Assembly: GCA_965222715.1 (NCBI GenBank)
Contig: OZ244961.1
Coordinates: 462,277 to 526,276 of the forward strand
Length of the DNA stretch: 64,000 nt
Origin: Minisyncoccota bacterium
GTDB lineage: Bacteria; Patescibacteriota; Minisyncoccia; Phycocordibacterales; JABMNX01
Direction: 5' to 3'
Part shown: positions 52,646 through 60,985 of the stretch, one piece after another
Position numbering within the stretch: position 1 is the first letter of the stretch
How the letters are laid out: each line of letters begins with the position of its first letter
Position numbers and translations under genes: made by a program
Notes under the pieces: model-generated
What the model was told of the DNA's origin: nothing
The model's database searches: none
Seen by the model: only the letters and a program-made list of their open reading frames with translations

Positions 52646-53170
52646 TTATTTAAGCTCTACCTTACCACCAGCTTCTTCTACCTTGGCTTTAATCTCATCA
52701 GCCTCCTCTTTCTTTACTCCTTCCTTAAGTACAGCTGGTGCACTCTCAACGAGATCCTTTGCTTCTTTAAGGCCAAGACCCATAAGGTCTTTCACTACCT
52801 TAATTACCGCAATTTTCTGATCTCCAGCACTTGCAAGCTCAACGATGAAATCACTTTGTTCACCACCATCAGCATCTCCGCCGGCAGCGGGTCCAGCTGC
52901 TGCAACAGCAACTGCTGATACACCAAATTTCTTCTCAAGTACTTTTACTAACTCATGGAGCTCAAGAACAGTCATGTTCTCAATGTCTTCAATAAGTTTT
53001 TTAAACTTCTCAGGCACTTCAACTTCTTCCCCTGCTTCTTCTGCAGGCGCTTCAGCTGCTGCCTCTTCTTTAGTTTCTTTTTTTTGCTCTTCTGCAGCAG
53101 GAGCCTCTTCTTTGGTCTCTTCAGCGGCTACCTCCTGTGCATCATCAGTTTTCTTTTCTTCGTCTGACAT
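52646..53170 (-). CDS. rplL: 50S ribosomal protein L7/L12 with unusually long acidic N-terminal extension
   Basis: C-terminus [44 protein letters not shown]. Dimerisation region [18 protein letters not shown]. First ~60 aa are E/K/A-rich low complexity. Confidence 0.8.
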   Translation of the reverse strand: MSDEEKKTDDAQEVAAEETKEEAPAAEEQKKETKEEAAAEAPAEEAGEEVEVPEKFKKLIEDIENMTVLELHELVKVLEKKFGVSAVAVAAAGPAAGGDADGGEQSDFIVELASAGDQKIAVIKVVKDLMGLGLKEAKDLVESAPAVLKEGVKKEEADEIKAKVEEAGGKVELK

Positions 53171-53230
53171 AGTATCTTAATTACCTAGTAATCCCGATGC
53201 TTTGATCGGGACCCCGATAGTGTATCGGGG

Positions 53231-53722
53231 TTATGCTTCTTTCTTTTCAGCAACTTGCCCAAGTGCAATAACCAATCCTTGAATTGGTGAATTGATCACA
53301 TTAGCAAACTGTCCGTAGAGTGTCTGAAGTGGTGGAATTGATGCAATCACCGTCATCTCATCTTTGTTCATCAATTTCTGCTCGAACACTCCTCCGAGAA
53401 TTGAAAGCTCATCTTTATGATCTTTAGCAAAGGCGTGGACACCTCGTGCGGGGGCAACCGCGTCGTCTCCCCACGCAAGAGCAAGCTCTCCTTCGAGCTC
53501 AGGCACCTCGCCTTGAAGACCAGCGTCGTTAAGTGCGCGGCGTACCAGTGTCTTTTTTGCTACAAAGTACGTCACGTTATCTTCCTTAAGTTTTGCACGC
53601 ATCTCATTGGTGTCAGTCACCCCAAGACCATGGAAGTTCACAAACACCACTGAAGCAGCATTCTTGAGTGCCTCAGTAAGTTTTGCGAGTGTTTCTTCTT
53701 TTTGTTGATATGTTTTTGCCAT
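53231..53722 (-). CDS. rplJ: 50S ribosomal protein L10
   Basis: MAKTYQQKEETLAKLTEALKNAASVVFVNFHGLGVTDTNEMRAKLKEDNVTYFVAKKTLVRRAL. Confidence 0.8.
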   Translation of the reverse strand: MAKTYQQKEETLAKLTEALKNAASVVFVNFHGLGVTDTNEMRAKLKEDNVTYFVAKKTLVRRALNDAGLQGEVPELEGELALAWGDDAVAPARGVHAFAKDHKDELSILGGVFEQKLMNKDEMTVIASIPPLQTLYGQFANVINSPIQGLVIALGQVAEKKEA

Positions 53723-54013
53723 TGTTGTAGGTGTATTGTCCTAAACAAAAAAATCGACCACTACTGGCGATCTGAAGGAAATATAAGAGTTGTGATAACA
53801 CACAGAGTGCGACATCACAGTACCTCGGTAGGATTTATGCGCCATACTTCCGGCGTACCTACTGTCTTCAGTCCAGTGTTAGAGAGTATACCCGACTTAT
53901 ATCACCTGTCAATCAATTAGTACTCTGGCAATGCGAAAAAGAAAGTATATACTAAGAGGTAGAATCATTCTCATAATCACCTGCGGCAGCATGTAAAAAT
54001 ACAGGAGTACACC

Positions 54014-54301
54014 ATGGATGATGCACACAACGTGTGTACAGATGTAAGAGAGACAACAGAAGAAAAGCCAGATGATGTCACCTGGCCACAGCGATGCAAC
54101 TACTGTGTCGATGAGCCGTCAGACGCGGTACTCAAGGCGACATGCACGTCCCCTATCCACCGTCTAGAAGTCACGATGCACGCGTGCAGCAAATTCAGTC
54201 ATCAAGAATGGGCACGACTTGATGCGCGAGAGAAGTTGATAGAACACATTGGCGCACTAGAATCTGCAGAGGAAAAAGAGCATAAACGAGGGGGCCTGTA
54301 A
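54014..54301 (+). CDS. Hypothetical Cys-rich small protein
   Basis: CAGGAG 8 nt upstream. CNYC...C...C pattern. Stop codon lies inside the terminator hairpin. Confidence 0.35.
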   Translation: MDDAHNVCTDVRETTEEKPDDVTWPQRCNYCVDEPSDAVLKATCTSPIHRLEVTMHACSKFSHQEWARLDAREKLIEHIGALESAEEKEHKRGGL

Positions 54302-54317
54302 GCCCCCTTATTTTTTA
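54288..54317 (+). terminator. Rho-independent terminator (GGGGGCCTGTAAGCCCCC + T7)
   Basis: Seen directly. Confidence 0.6.
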
Positions 54318-54335
54318 TGTGGTATTACTTAAAAA

Positions 54336-54824
54336 CTACTTTCCTTCAACAGAGCGCTTGAGTGACTCGGCACGCCACCCCACCATATTTGAAAGTAATT
54401 GGAGAAATGTTGCGACTCCCGCAACGGCAAGAACAAGTATCACGAACCACGCGTACGGCGTGAGGTAGTAGAAAAAGACAACGGCGAGTGCTGCCCACAC
54501 TCCGAAACACCACGGACACCCGAGTAGATCGTGGAGTGTGCGCAATGGTCCTCGTACGTACGGCTGACGCACTACCACCATATCACCACCCTCTTCTGAA
54601 ACGACAGTCTTTCGTACAAACCAATCACGAACAAACTGCGTTACTTTGTCATACACAAAGAGCCGAGTGAGTCTAAATGTTGCAAGAATAATGAGGGTAA
54701 AATCAAAGAGTGAAATAGCAATGGGTAATCTGCCAAGTGAAAAGAGTAGCCACCCAGCAGCTATAAACAGTCCTACAAAAAGTAGTGAAAAGATAAAGTT
54801 CCAGACACCTTGATCATCATGCAT
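54336..54824 (-). CDS. Hypothetical integral membrane protein
   Basis: Four predicted TM helices. CPWCFGVW motif. Confidence 0.4.
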   Translation of the reverse strand: MHDDQGVWNFIFSLLFVGLFIAAGWLLFSLGRLPIAISLFDFTLIILATFRLTRLFVYDKVTQFVRDWFVRKTVVSEEGGDMVVVRQPYVRGPLRTLHDLLGCPWCFGVWAALAVVFFYYLTPYAWFVILVLAVAGVATFLQLLSNMVGWRAESLKRSVEGK

Positions 54825-54936
54825 ATAAAAATAGTATACCCTACTTACAACATCACATCGAGATACTTGACTGTATTATTTATACATGATATAATAAAAA
54901 ATAAAAATGACTTAAGTGATACAAGGAGGTACCGAC

Positions 54937-55245
54937 ATGTCATTACACCACACAGCTCAGCGAGGACTGGAATTTCTCGCCCAGCACAAGGGTGCTGATC
55001 TCTTTCTTGAGTACCTCAAGAAGAGAAATGTGATTCGACTGTACGCAGGTTCGTGTTCTCTCACGGTGCCAGCGTTTATCAACATCTGCACCCTCTACGG
55101 TATCGCGATACAGGTGCGTGACGACAAGGAGAAGTTACATGGGCTCAACCCAGAACTCCCTTCCCTCCTGTTCATCGTACCGGATCACATCCAGATACTG
55201 ATCGAGAACGCTTCGATCAAAGACGGCGAAGTTGTGTTCTCCTGA
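54937..55245 (+). CDS. Hypothetical protein
   Basis: Canonical AGGAGG 6 nt upstream of the ATG at 54937. The ORF-track start at 54916 would include the SD. Followed by terminator CCCCCCGAGCATTCGCTCGGGGG plus T at 55261-55290. Confidence 0.4.
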   Translation: MSLHHTAQRGLEFLAQHKGADLFLEYLKKRNVIRLYAGSCSLTVPAFINICTLYGIAIQVRDDKEKLHGLNPELPSLLFIVPDHIQILIENASIKDGEVVFS

Positions 55246-55260
55246 ACCGACCGCCAGACG

Positions 55261-55290
55261 CCCCCCGAGCATTCGCTCGGGGGTTTATGT
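55261..55290 (+). terminator. Rho-independent terminator
   Basis: CCCCCGAGC ATTCG CTCGGGGG TTTATGTATTT. Confidence 0.55.
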
Positions 55291-55351
55291 ATTTGTACAC
55301 AAATAAAAAAACCGCATGATGCGGATTTCATATTAAAGAACAAGACCAGTA

Positions 55352-55428
55352 TGGTCGGAATGAGTGGATTTAAACCACTGACCTCTGCCTCCCGAGGGCA
55401 GCGCTCTATCAGGCTGAGCTACACTCCG
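55352..55428 (-). tRNA. tRNA-Pro (anticodon CGG), CCA encoded
   Basis: CGGAGTGTAGCTCAGCCTGATAGAGCGCTGCCCTCGGGAGGCAGAGGTCAGTGGTTTAAATCCACTCATTCCGACCA. Clean cloverleaf. Downstream hairpin terminator on the minus strand at 55307-55330. Confidence 0.8.
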
Positions 55429-55992
55429 TTTCCATACAGTGTCGTGACTCCCTCGACAATCCTTCTAAGAATCCAGATTGCCGAGGGGAGCCTGCTAAAG
55501 GTGTACGTCAGGTCGACGATGAGGCGCTAGATGAGCGACCCGCCGTCACCCGTGTTCGCGACGCCGAGGATCTGGAGCGCGTTGATGCTCGGACCGTAGC
55601 GGGCGCCGGTGATGCGATCGAAGTTCGCGGCCGTATGCATGCTCTGACCCTGGTTCGTCGGGTCGTGCATGGAGATCATCGTCCGTTTCATGAGACGTGT
55701 CCTTTCCTGTCGTGGTTTCCGATGTGGACTCACTTGGTCCATTACTAATGCTACCTTACTTCTCTAGGGTGTCAATAGATATCCACAGGAGAAACGCAGG
55801 AGGAAAATAGTATAAAAAGAAAAGCCTGAGCCGGGGTCCCGCGCGGAATTCGAAAGCTTCGGGGAAAGCATCCGACACATCTGGGGAAGATGGATCCGCG
55901 CGGGACGAGAGCCGGCCAGGCTCTGCGAGCGTCATGGACTGGGTAGAGCCCACACGCCACCACTATAGTACTACACCACCATATACTATGCA

Positions 55993-58551
55993 CTATATTC
56001 CTCCTCCAGGGTTAGGTGGTGGCGTTGCGCTATTGAGTGCCTTTGGAGTTCCATAGATTTGGTTTCCGTCACTATCAGTGCCATTTATCTTTGTCGTATT
56101 ATTTGAACCCCAATTTGATGCATCTTCCCCACTATTCCCAGCGCGAACTCGTTCCATTGAGATAGGGGTTGTGGTTGCCTCACCTGAACACCACCCACTA
56201 CATGTAGATACATCTGGTGTAGCGTCAAGTGTACTTGTCGCAGTACCACCCAGTGATTGAACCAAATATAGTTTCTCTCCATCATTTGAAAGACCTGATC
56301 CGCTACCCACACCACTAAATACAGTTGTAAGATCTTCTGATTCACTGGTCGTACTTCCGTTACTTCGCTCAATTAAGTAATATGCACCCGAAGCAACTGA
56401 TCCAGAAAGTTTTATATATGGAACAAGGTCAGTCGCATAGAGTACCAGGTGCGAAAGATCGATCGTGTTGCTTGATTGATTATAAAGCTCTATCCACTCA
56501 TCCATACTACTTGCTTGTGTTCCTGCCCAAGCAACCTCATTTATAACCACAGTTGATGTGGCGACTGATACACTTTGTGAAGAAGAGGTTGCTATGTTCC
56601 CTACTAAATCATAGGCAACTACAGCAATATTTGCAGTTGTATTATTTGAAACCGTGATTGAAGTACTTTTTGCTGTTGTTGTTGCAACAACCACGTTGTC
56701 TTTAGCAACACCATAATATTCAACGTCAGTGTTAGTTGAATCCCATTCAACAAAAATTTCCTCACTACCAGAAAGACATGCATCAGATCGCAACGAGTAG
56801 CTACACGCCAATACACTCATACTTGAAAACGTTGGTAAAGTGGTATCAACATACACAGATACACTAACTTGGTCAGAGACTGTATTTGTTCCTGTGTCAG
56901 TTACTTTAAAAGATACAGTGGTCGTACCTTCTGAAAAACTATCGAGAGTAATTTCCCAATCACCATTACTATCTACTGATGTTGTTGCGTTTGAAAAATC
57001 CTGAGAAAGAACTAAGTTTGATTGACTGATTCCTGAGAAGGTAATAGTTGTAGTTCCCAGACGAGTATTGTTTGTAGGAGATGTAATAGTAGGAGCATCT
57101 GGTTCTGTTGATTCTTGAGAGCTTTCTTCTGCTTCACGCGCTTCTTGTAGAGCTTTTGATGAGCCGCCGTCACCACCAAAACCTATAAATGGAGTTAGGA
57201 CAGGAATTGGATCAGGTATTGATGAGTGAAATTTCTCCTCAACTCCAATAATTTCTTCTATCTCTAGTGCATTTTCTTTGGAGACAGACTCTTTCTCTTC
57301 AATGCTTGGCCTCACATCAACTGTCTCTGTATTCTCAACCTCTTCTTCACCTTCTTCTATTACCTGAGCCTCAGAGTTAGTATTCAGAACACTAGCAAAA
57401 GCATCAACAACTGAGGCAACGTTCTGTTGTGGTGTCACGTCACCTTTTGTATAGGAAGGAGCAAACTGCTTGGGCAAAAATTTACTCAAGAAACTTTTAT
57501 TTTTATTATAAAGCGCTAAGGTTTGTTTTTCTTTCTCAACTTCATCAAAGAATAATTTAATCACTCCAGCACCATGTAACACCGCCTGTTTTGAGAGGAT
57601 ATTCCAGTAATCAGCCATGATTTTTTCTCCTCCATCCTTACTATCTATTGAGTATTTCTTATTTATATTTTGAGTTACATTATCTTTATGTTCCTGTAAT
57701 TCAAAAACATGATAGGATTTACCATCAAACATACCCATACCGAATTTTTGTACTCTACCACCTGAAAGTACACCAACTCCTATTAACGAGTATTGAGGTA
57801 CCGGGTATTTATTTTCTGATACTGACGACGTTCCTGCTTCTGGAAATGGTAGTGTATCTTTGCTAAAAAAGTGTGTGTTCGTAAAGAATGCAAGATTAAA
57901 GAAATATTCATTAAGCGTGTTGTAATAGACTGGCATCTTTCGGTCACGAAGCAACTTCTCTGCGATAACAAGATTTTGAGGAGTAAAAGCGCTCGTCCAC
58001 GCCTCATATGGCGAACCAAAATCAAGTGCGGGTGGGTGGGGATCATCTCGAACGTGCGGCGGTACTGTCAGATCTTGAATCAAATGTAGTATTTGACCAA
58101 GTCCACGGAGAGCTCGTTTCTTGTCGCCATGTACATACTCATATACAGAACGTTCCCAAGAATAATCACTTGATGCACTATAGAGTGGTGCTGAAACACC
58201 AGCTACAAAGTTTCCAGAATATACCGCTTGCTGTTTGGGGCTTTGCGCCCAAGTCATTGCTGAGGTATATCCCCTAAGCCCTCGATCATAGACGGGGTCA
58301 TGAAAGTGATTGAGCACACGCACTGCCGGACTATCCTCAAGAGACGAACCGGACATAAGCATTTGCTTTTCTTCTTCAGAAAATCTAGTTTGCGGATAGA
58401 AGCGATTATACAATTCTACGGTTTCACTTGTAAGTGCGGGGTGTGTTGTTTCAGCAGAGTATGCGTAAATAGTATATACAGGTAGGAAAAGCGCACTAAG
58501 TATAAGTGCGGATATAAGTAATATGTGGATTAAAATTCGTCCAGCTTCCAT
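55993..58551 (-). CDS. Large secreted surface protein: N-terminal Zn-dependent PLC/P1-nuclease-like region, central Ig-like (Big) repeats, C-terminal lamin tail domain
   Basis: Signal/TM MEAGRILIHILLISALILSALFL. C-terminal VVINEVAWAGTQASSMDEWIELYNQSSNTIDLSHLVLY LTD signature. T/S-rich beta repeats. The N-terminal His/Asp-rich block (LNHFHDP...ILHLIQDLTVPPHVRDDPHPP) is only weakly PLC-like. Confidence 0.5.
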   Translation of the reverse strand: MEAGRILIHILLISALILSALFLPVYTIYAYSAETTHPALTSETVELYNRFYPQTRFSEEEKQMLMSGSSLEDSPAVRVLNHFHDPVYDRGLRGYTSAMTWAQSPKQQAVYSGNFVAGVSAPLYSASSDYSWERSVYEYVHGDKKRALRGLGQILHLIQDLTVPPHVRDDPHPPALDFGSPYEAWTSAFTPQNLVIAEKLLRDRKMPVYYNTLNEYFFNLAFFTNTHFFSKDTLPFPEAGTSSVSENKYPVPQYSLIGVGVLSGGRVQKFGMGMFDGKSYHVFELQEHKDNVTQNINKKYSIDSKDGGEKIMADYWNILSKQAVLHGAGVIKLFFDEVEKEKQTLALYNKNKSFLSKFLPKQFAPSYTKGDVTPQQNVASVVDAFASVLNTNSEAQVIEEGEEEVENTETVDVRPSIEEKESVSKENALEIEEIIGVEEKFHSSIPDPIPVLTPFIGFGGDGGSSKALQEAREAEESSQESTEPDAPTITSPTNNTRLGTTTITFSGISQSNLVLSQDFSNATTSVDSNGDWEITLDSFSEGTTTVSFKVTDTGTNTVSDQVSVSVYVDTTLPTFSSMSVLACSYSLRSDACLSGSEEIFVEWDSTNTDVEYYGVAKDNVVVATTTAKSTSITVSNNTTANIAVVAYDLVGNIATSSSQSVSVATSTVVINEVAWAGTQASSMDEWIELYNQSSNTIDLSHLVLYATDLVPYIKLSGSVASGAYYLIERSNGSTTSESEDLTTVFSGVGSGSGLSNDGEKLYLVQSLGGTATSTLDATPDVSTCSGWCSGEATTTPISMERVRAGNSGEDASNWGSNNTTKINGTDSDGNQIYGTPKALNSATPPPNPGGGI

Positions 58552-59108
58552 ACGCCAGTGTATGGGTTTTTTGTAAATTCAAAATAATATCCGGGCGTTC
58601 CATCAATTGTTGATTCAAAACTAGCACCTAAGTTTTCTGACTCTTTCCAAGTTCCACCGTCCTCTATATCAGCAATAATATCAGGTAATACGCTATTTTT
58701 CTTGCTCTCCTCCATTCTCTCAAGCGCACCAGATCGGTACTCGACCAAAAAGTACGTACTCGCCTTTTCTAAATTACCTTCTTTCACTGCCTCAACCCAA
58801 AGCGCGAGCGTCTCTTGAGGTGTCTCACCTCCAATATCATCTTTTCTGTACGCTTCTTCAAGTGCAGTAAAATACCGCTCTACTTCAGCTTGTGAACGTG
58901 GTTTTTCATTCAACCACTCACTCGTCTCCTTAAACTCAATCTGAGAAACCGGCACCAATAGATACGAGTAATGATATCCAACAACACTAAGACTGACGAC
59001 AATAATAAAAATGAGGGACTTCTTCCACCACGAAAGCGCAAACACTTTCCGTATAAATTCCATTATTTTTATACTATCAACAAAAATCTTATTTAACATA
59101 ATTGCCAA
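58530..59108 (-). CDS. Hypothetical membrane-anchored protein
   Basis: N-terminal TM (SLIFIIVVSLSVVGYHYSYLLV). 192 aa. Confidence 0.35.
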   Translation of the reverse strand: MAIMLNKIFVDSIKIMEFIRKVFALSWWKKSLIFIIVVSLSVVGYHYSYLLVPVSQIEFKETSEWLNEKPRSQAEVERYFTALEEAYRKDDIGGETPQETLALWVEAVKEGNLEKASTYFLVEYRSGALERMEESKKNSVLPDIIADIEDGGTWKESENLGASFESTIDGTPGYYFEFTKNPYTGVWKLDEF

Positions 59109-59206
59109 ATAAAAACTGTTAATAACTCCTCATTTTAAGACTGTTTAATATCTCAGCTATAGCTGAGATATTAAACAGTGCTTTTTACACCTTTTACCAG
59201 AAAAAA

Positions 59207-59770
59207 TCAGATGGAAAATGTTCTTCTTAGCTCTGTATCTTTACCAATATTCTTTGAAACAATAACTCTACACTCTTCATCACTTATATTGAAATAATCT
59301 TTCACGAGCTCAATTTCCTTCTTGCAGTTGAATGGATACACCCATACACTTTTTTGCATTTGAATAAATCCGGAGCGCTTAAGTACTCTACGTAAAGCGT
59401 CTCTCTTTATCTTTTGACCATCAGTTATATCAAAAATAACTACGTACCACACACCATTCCATCTTTTTTGTTTTGATTTATTTTGTAATCTTGATTGAAT
59501 AAAATAAATATTTGCTTTCTCTTTACCTTTTTCAGAAAGTGCAACAAGGATCTTATCTGCTTTCTTTTGAGTTTTAATATATCCCCTACCCCGTAAGTAG
59601 TTAAAAGCATTTCTTGTTTTTTCTACATTATTTTTATCTTTTACCTTAAGATAATGAGCAATGAAAATTGCAGGGGTAAGCAATACTGGGTTAGTGAGGG
59701 CAATAGCAATTCCGCCACTTACAAGTAAATCGATCATTACTTCTTTTGAAGTACTATTTTCAACCCTCAT
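59207..59770 (-). CDS. Membrane-anchored protein with Cas2/PaaX-C-like ferredoxin-fold domain
   Basis: N-terminal TM helices. C-terminal WYVVIFDITDGQKIKRDALRRVLKRSGFIQMQKSVWVYPF resembles the Cas2 / PaaX C-terminal fold (YDV...RR...QNSVF pattern). No CRISPR array nearby. Confidence 0.35.
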   Translation of the reverse strand: MRVENSTSKEVMIDLLVSGGIAIALTNPVLLTPAIFIAHYLKVKDKNNVEKTRNAFNYLRGRGYIKTQKKADKILVALSEKGKEKANIYFIQSRLQNKSKQKRWNGVWYVVIFDITDGQKIKRDALRRVLKRSGFIQMQKSVWVYPFNCKKEIELVKDYFNISDEECRVIVSKNIGKDTELRRTFSI

Positions 59771-60020
59771 ACTCTATAATATATGCGCGATAGCTGAGAT
59801 TCTCAACAGTTCGGTGTGATTTGTTTTTTATGAGTTATCAAAACCTTTACTAACAACTTGCGTCGTTTTGGCAAGCAGTTTGAGAGGTGGTCTCAGGGAA
59901 TTCAGAAGTACTCACAAAGAAACCGGTTATTGCAAAACTAAGGAGTACAATACCAATAAAACCGAGGAGAAATTTAAAAAAGGTATTATTGAATACTGGT
60001 TTCATACTTACTCAGTCAAA

Positions 60021-60845
60021 CTATTGCTTAAGTTTTTCAATTTCAGTATTGATTGCATTTACCAATCCTTGATTATCAAGTTCTTCTGCTAATTCACGAG
60101 CGTCTTCATATGCGCCAATTGCCTCTTCTACTTGATCATTATTTTTATAGTACGAAGCGAGTGTGGTAACGAGGTCTATATTGTCAGGAAGTGCTGCAAT
60201 TCCCTCTTTGAGGACATCTTCAGCAAGCGTGGTATTAATTTTATATGAGTAGAGATAGAGTTCGTGAAGACCAAGATACGCCTGTGGGGTACTTGCTTCT
60301 ATACTAAGCGCTTCTCTAAAATTCTCTTCTGCTTTTTCATACTCTTGTAGTTCGTAGTGATACACACCACCTAGATTGACTCGACTCAGGGTGTTTTGTG
60401 GTGCAGTTTCATTAAGGTATTCCCATATCTCTATCGCCCCTTCGTAATCTTGGATAATTTTATATTGAGACGCAAGGTTAATCCATGACTGAAATAAGTC
60501 TGGGTTTTCTTCAATTTCATTTCGTAATGTTTCAATGTTTTGCCGCACTATCACCTCAGCATCGGCAGGAAAATTATCAGGAACGGTAACTGCTCGATAT
60601 AGCTCTGGTGCAGGAGTGGTGGGGATTTTCTCAAAATTTATTGTATATCCTGGGTCGTCTTTTGCAGCCACTTCTTCATTTTCAGTTTCTTGAACCCTTT
60701 CTTCTCTTTGTATGTCATTAAAGACGTACCATCCGCCTCCAGCAAGTAGGATGACCGCGAGTAGCACTCCAAGGGCACCCTGTACTTTTTTATTTTCAAA
60801 CATATGGACCGTATTGTAGTGTAAAAAAAGTATCGACGCAAACAC
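60021..60845 (-). CDS. TPR-repeat protein with N-terminal membrane anchor
   Basis: TM GALGVLLAVILLAGGGWYVF. Multiple TPR-like repeats (AIEIWEYLNETAPQN..., EKAEENFREALSIEAS...). Confidence 0.55.
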   Translation of the reverse strand: MFASILFLHYNTVHMFENKKVQGALGVLLAVILLAGGGWYVFNDIQREERVQETENEEVAAKDDPGYTINFEKIPTTPAPELYRAVTVPDNFPADAEVIVRQNIETLRNEIEENPDLFQSWINLASQYKIIQDYEGAIEIWEYLNETAPQNTLSRVNLGGVYHYELQEYEKAEENFREALSIEASTPQAYLGLHELYLYSYKINTTLAEDVLKEGIAALPDNIDLVTTLASYYKNNDQVEEAIGAYEDARELAEELDNQGLVNAINTEIEKLKQ

Positions 60846-60848
60846 AAA

Positions 60849-60915
60849 AACCCTTCGTACAAGAAGGGTTTTTGTTTATATATTTCTAACGCAAAACCCC
60901 CGCCAAAGCGGGGGT
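60849..60915 (-). terminator. Tandem hairpin terminators (AAACCCTTC-GTACAA-GAAGGGTTT and AAACCCCCGC-CAAA-GCGGGGGTTTT)
   Basis: Two GC-rich inverted repeats with flanking T-runs, downstream of the large 60986+ gene. Confidence 0.55.
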
Positions 60916-60985
60916 TTTGCTGTCTAGGAGAGGTTACGTGTTAGCGAACAACCTACCTAGTGTCTCAGAAATAATCAGTGACTGA

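Noticed and set aside
52845-53180. Plus-strand ORFs antisense to rplL
   Set aside because: Mirror-image low-complexity translation of the acidic L12 extension. rplL homology on the minus strand is unambiguous.
53723-53930. Possible L10(rplJ) autoregulatory leader upstream of rplJ
   Set aside because: The expected L10-binding leader structure could not be verified without a covariance model. Not reported as a feature.
55527-55742. Small ORF in the GC-rich island as a lasso-peptide-like RiPP precursor (core GVANTGD...)
   Set aside because: No Thr at the -2 leader position. No adjacent maturation enzymes (B or C proteins) in the window. Kept only as part of the GC-island finding.
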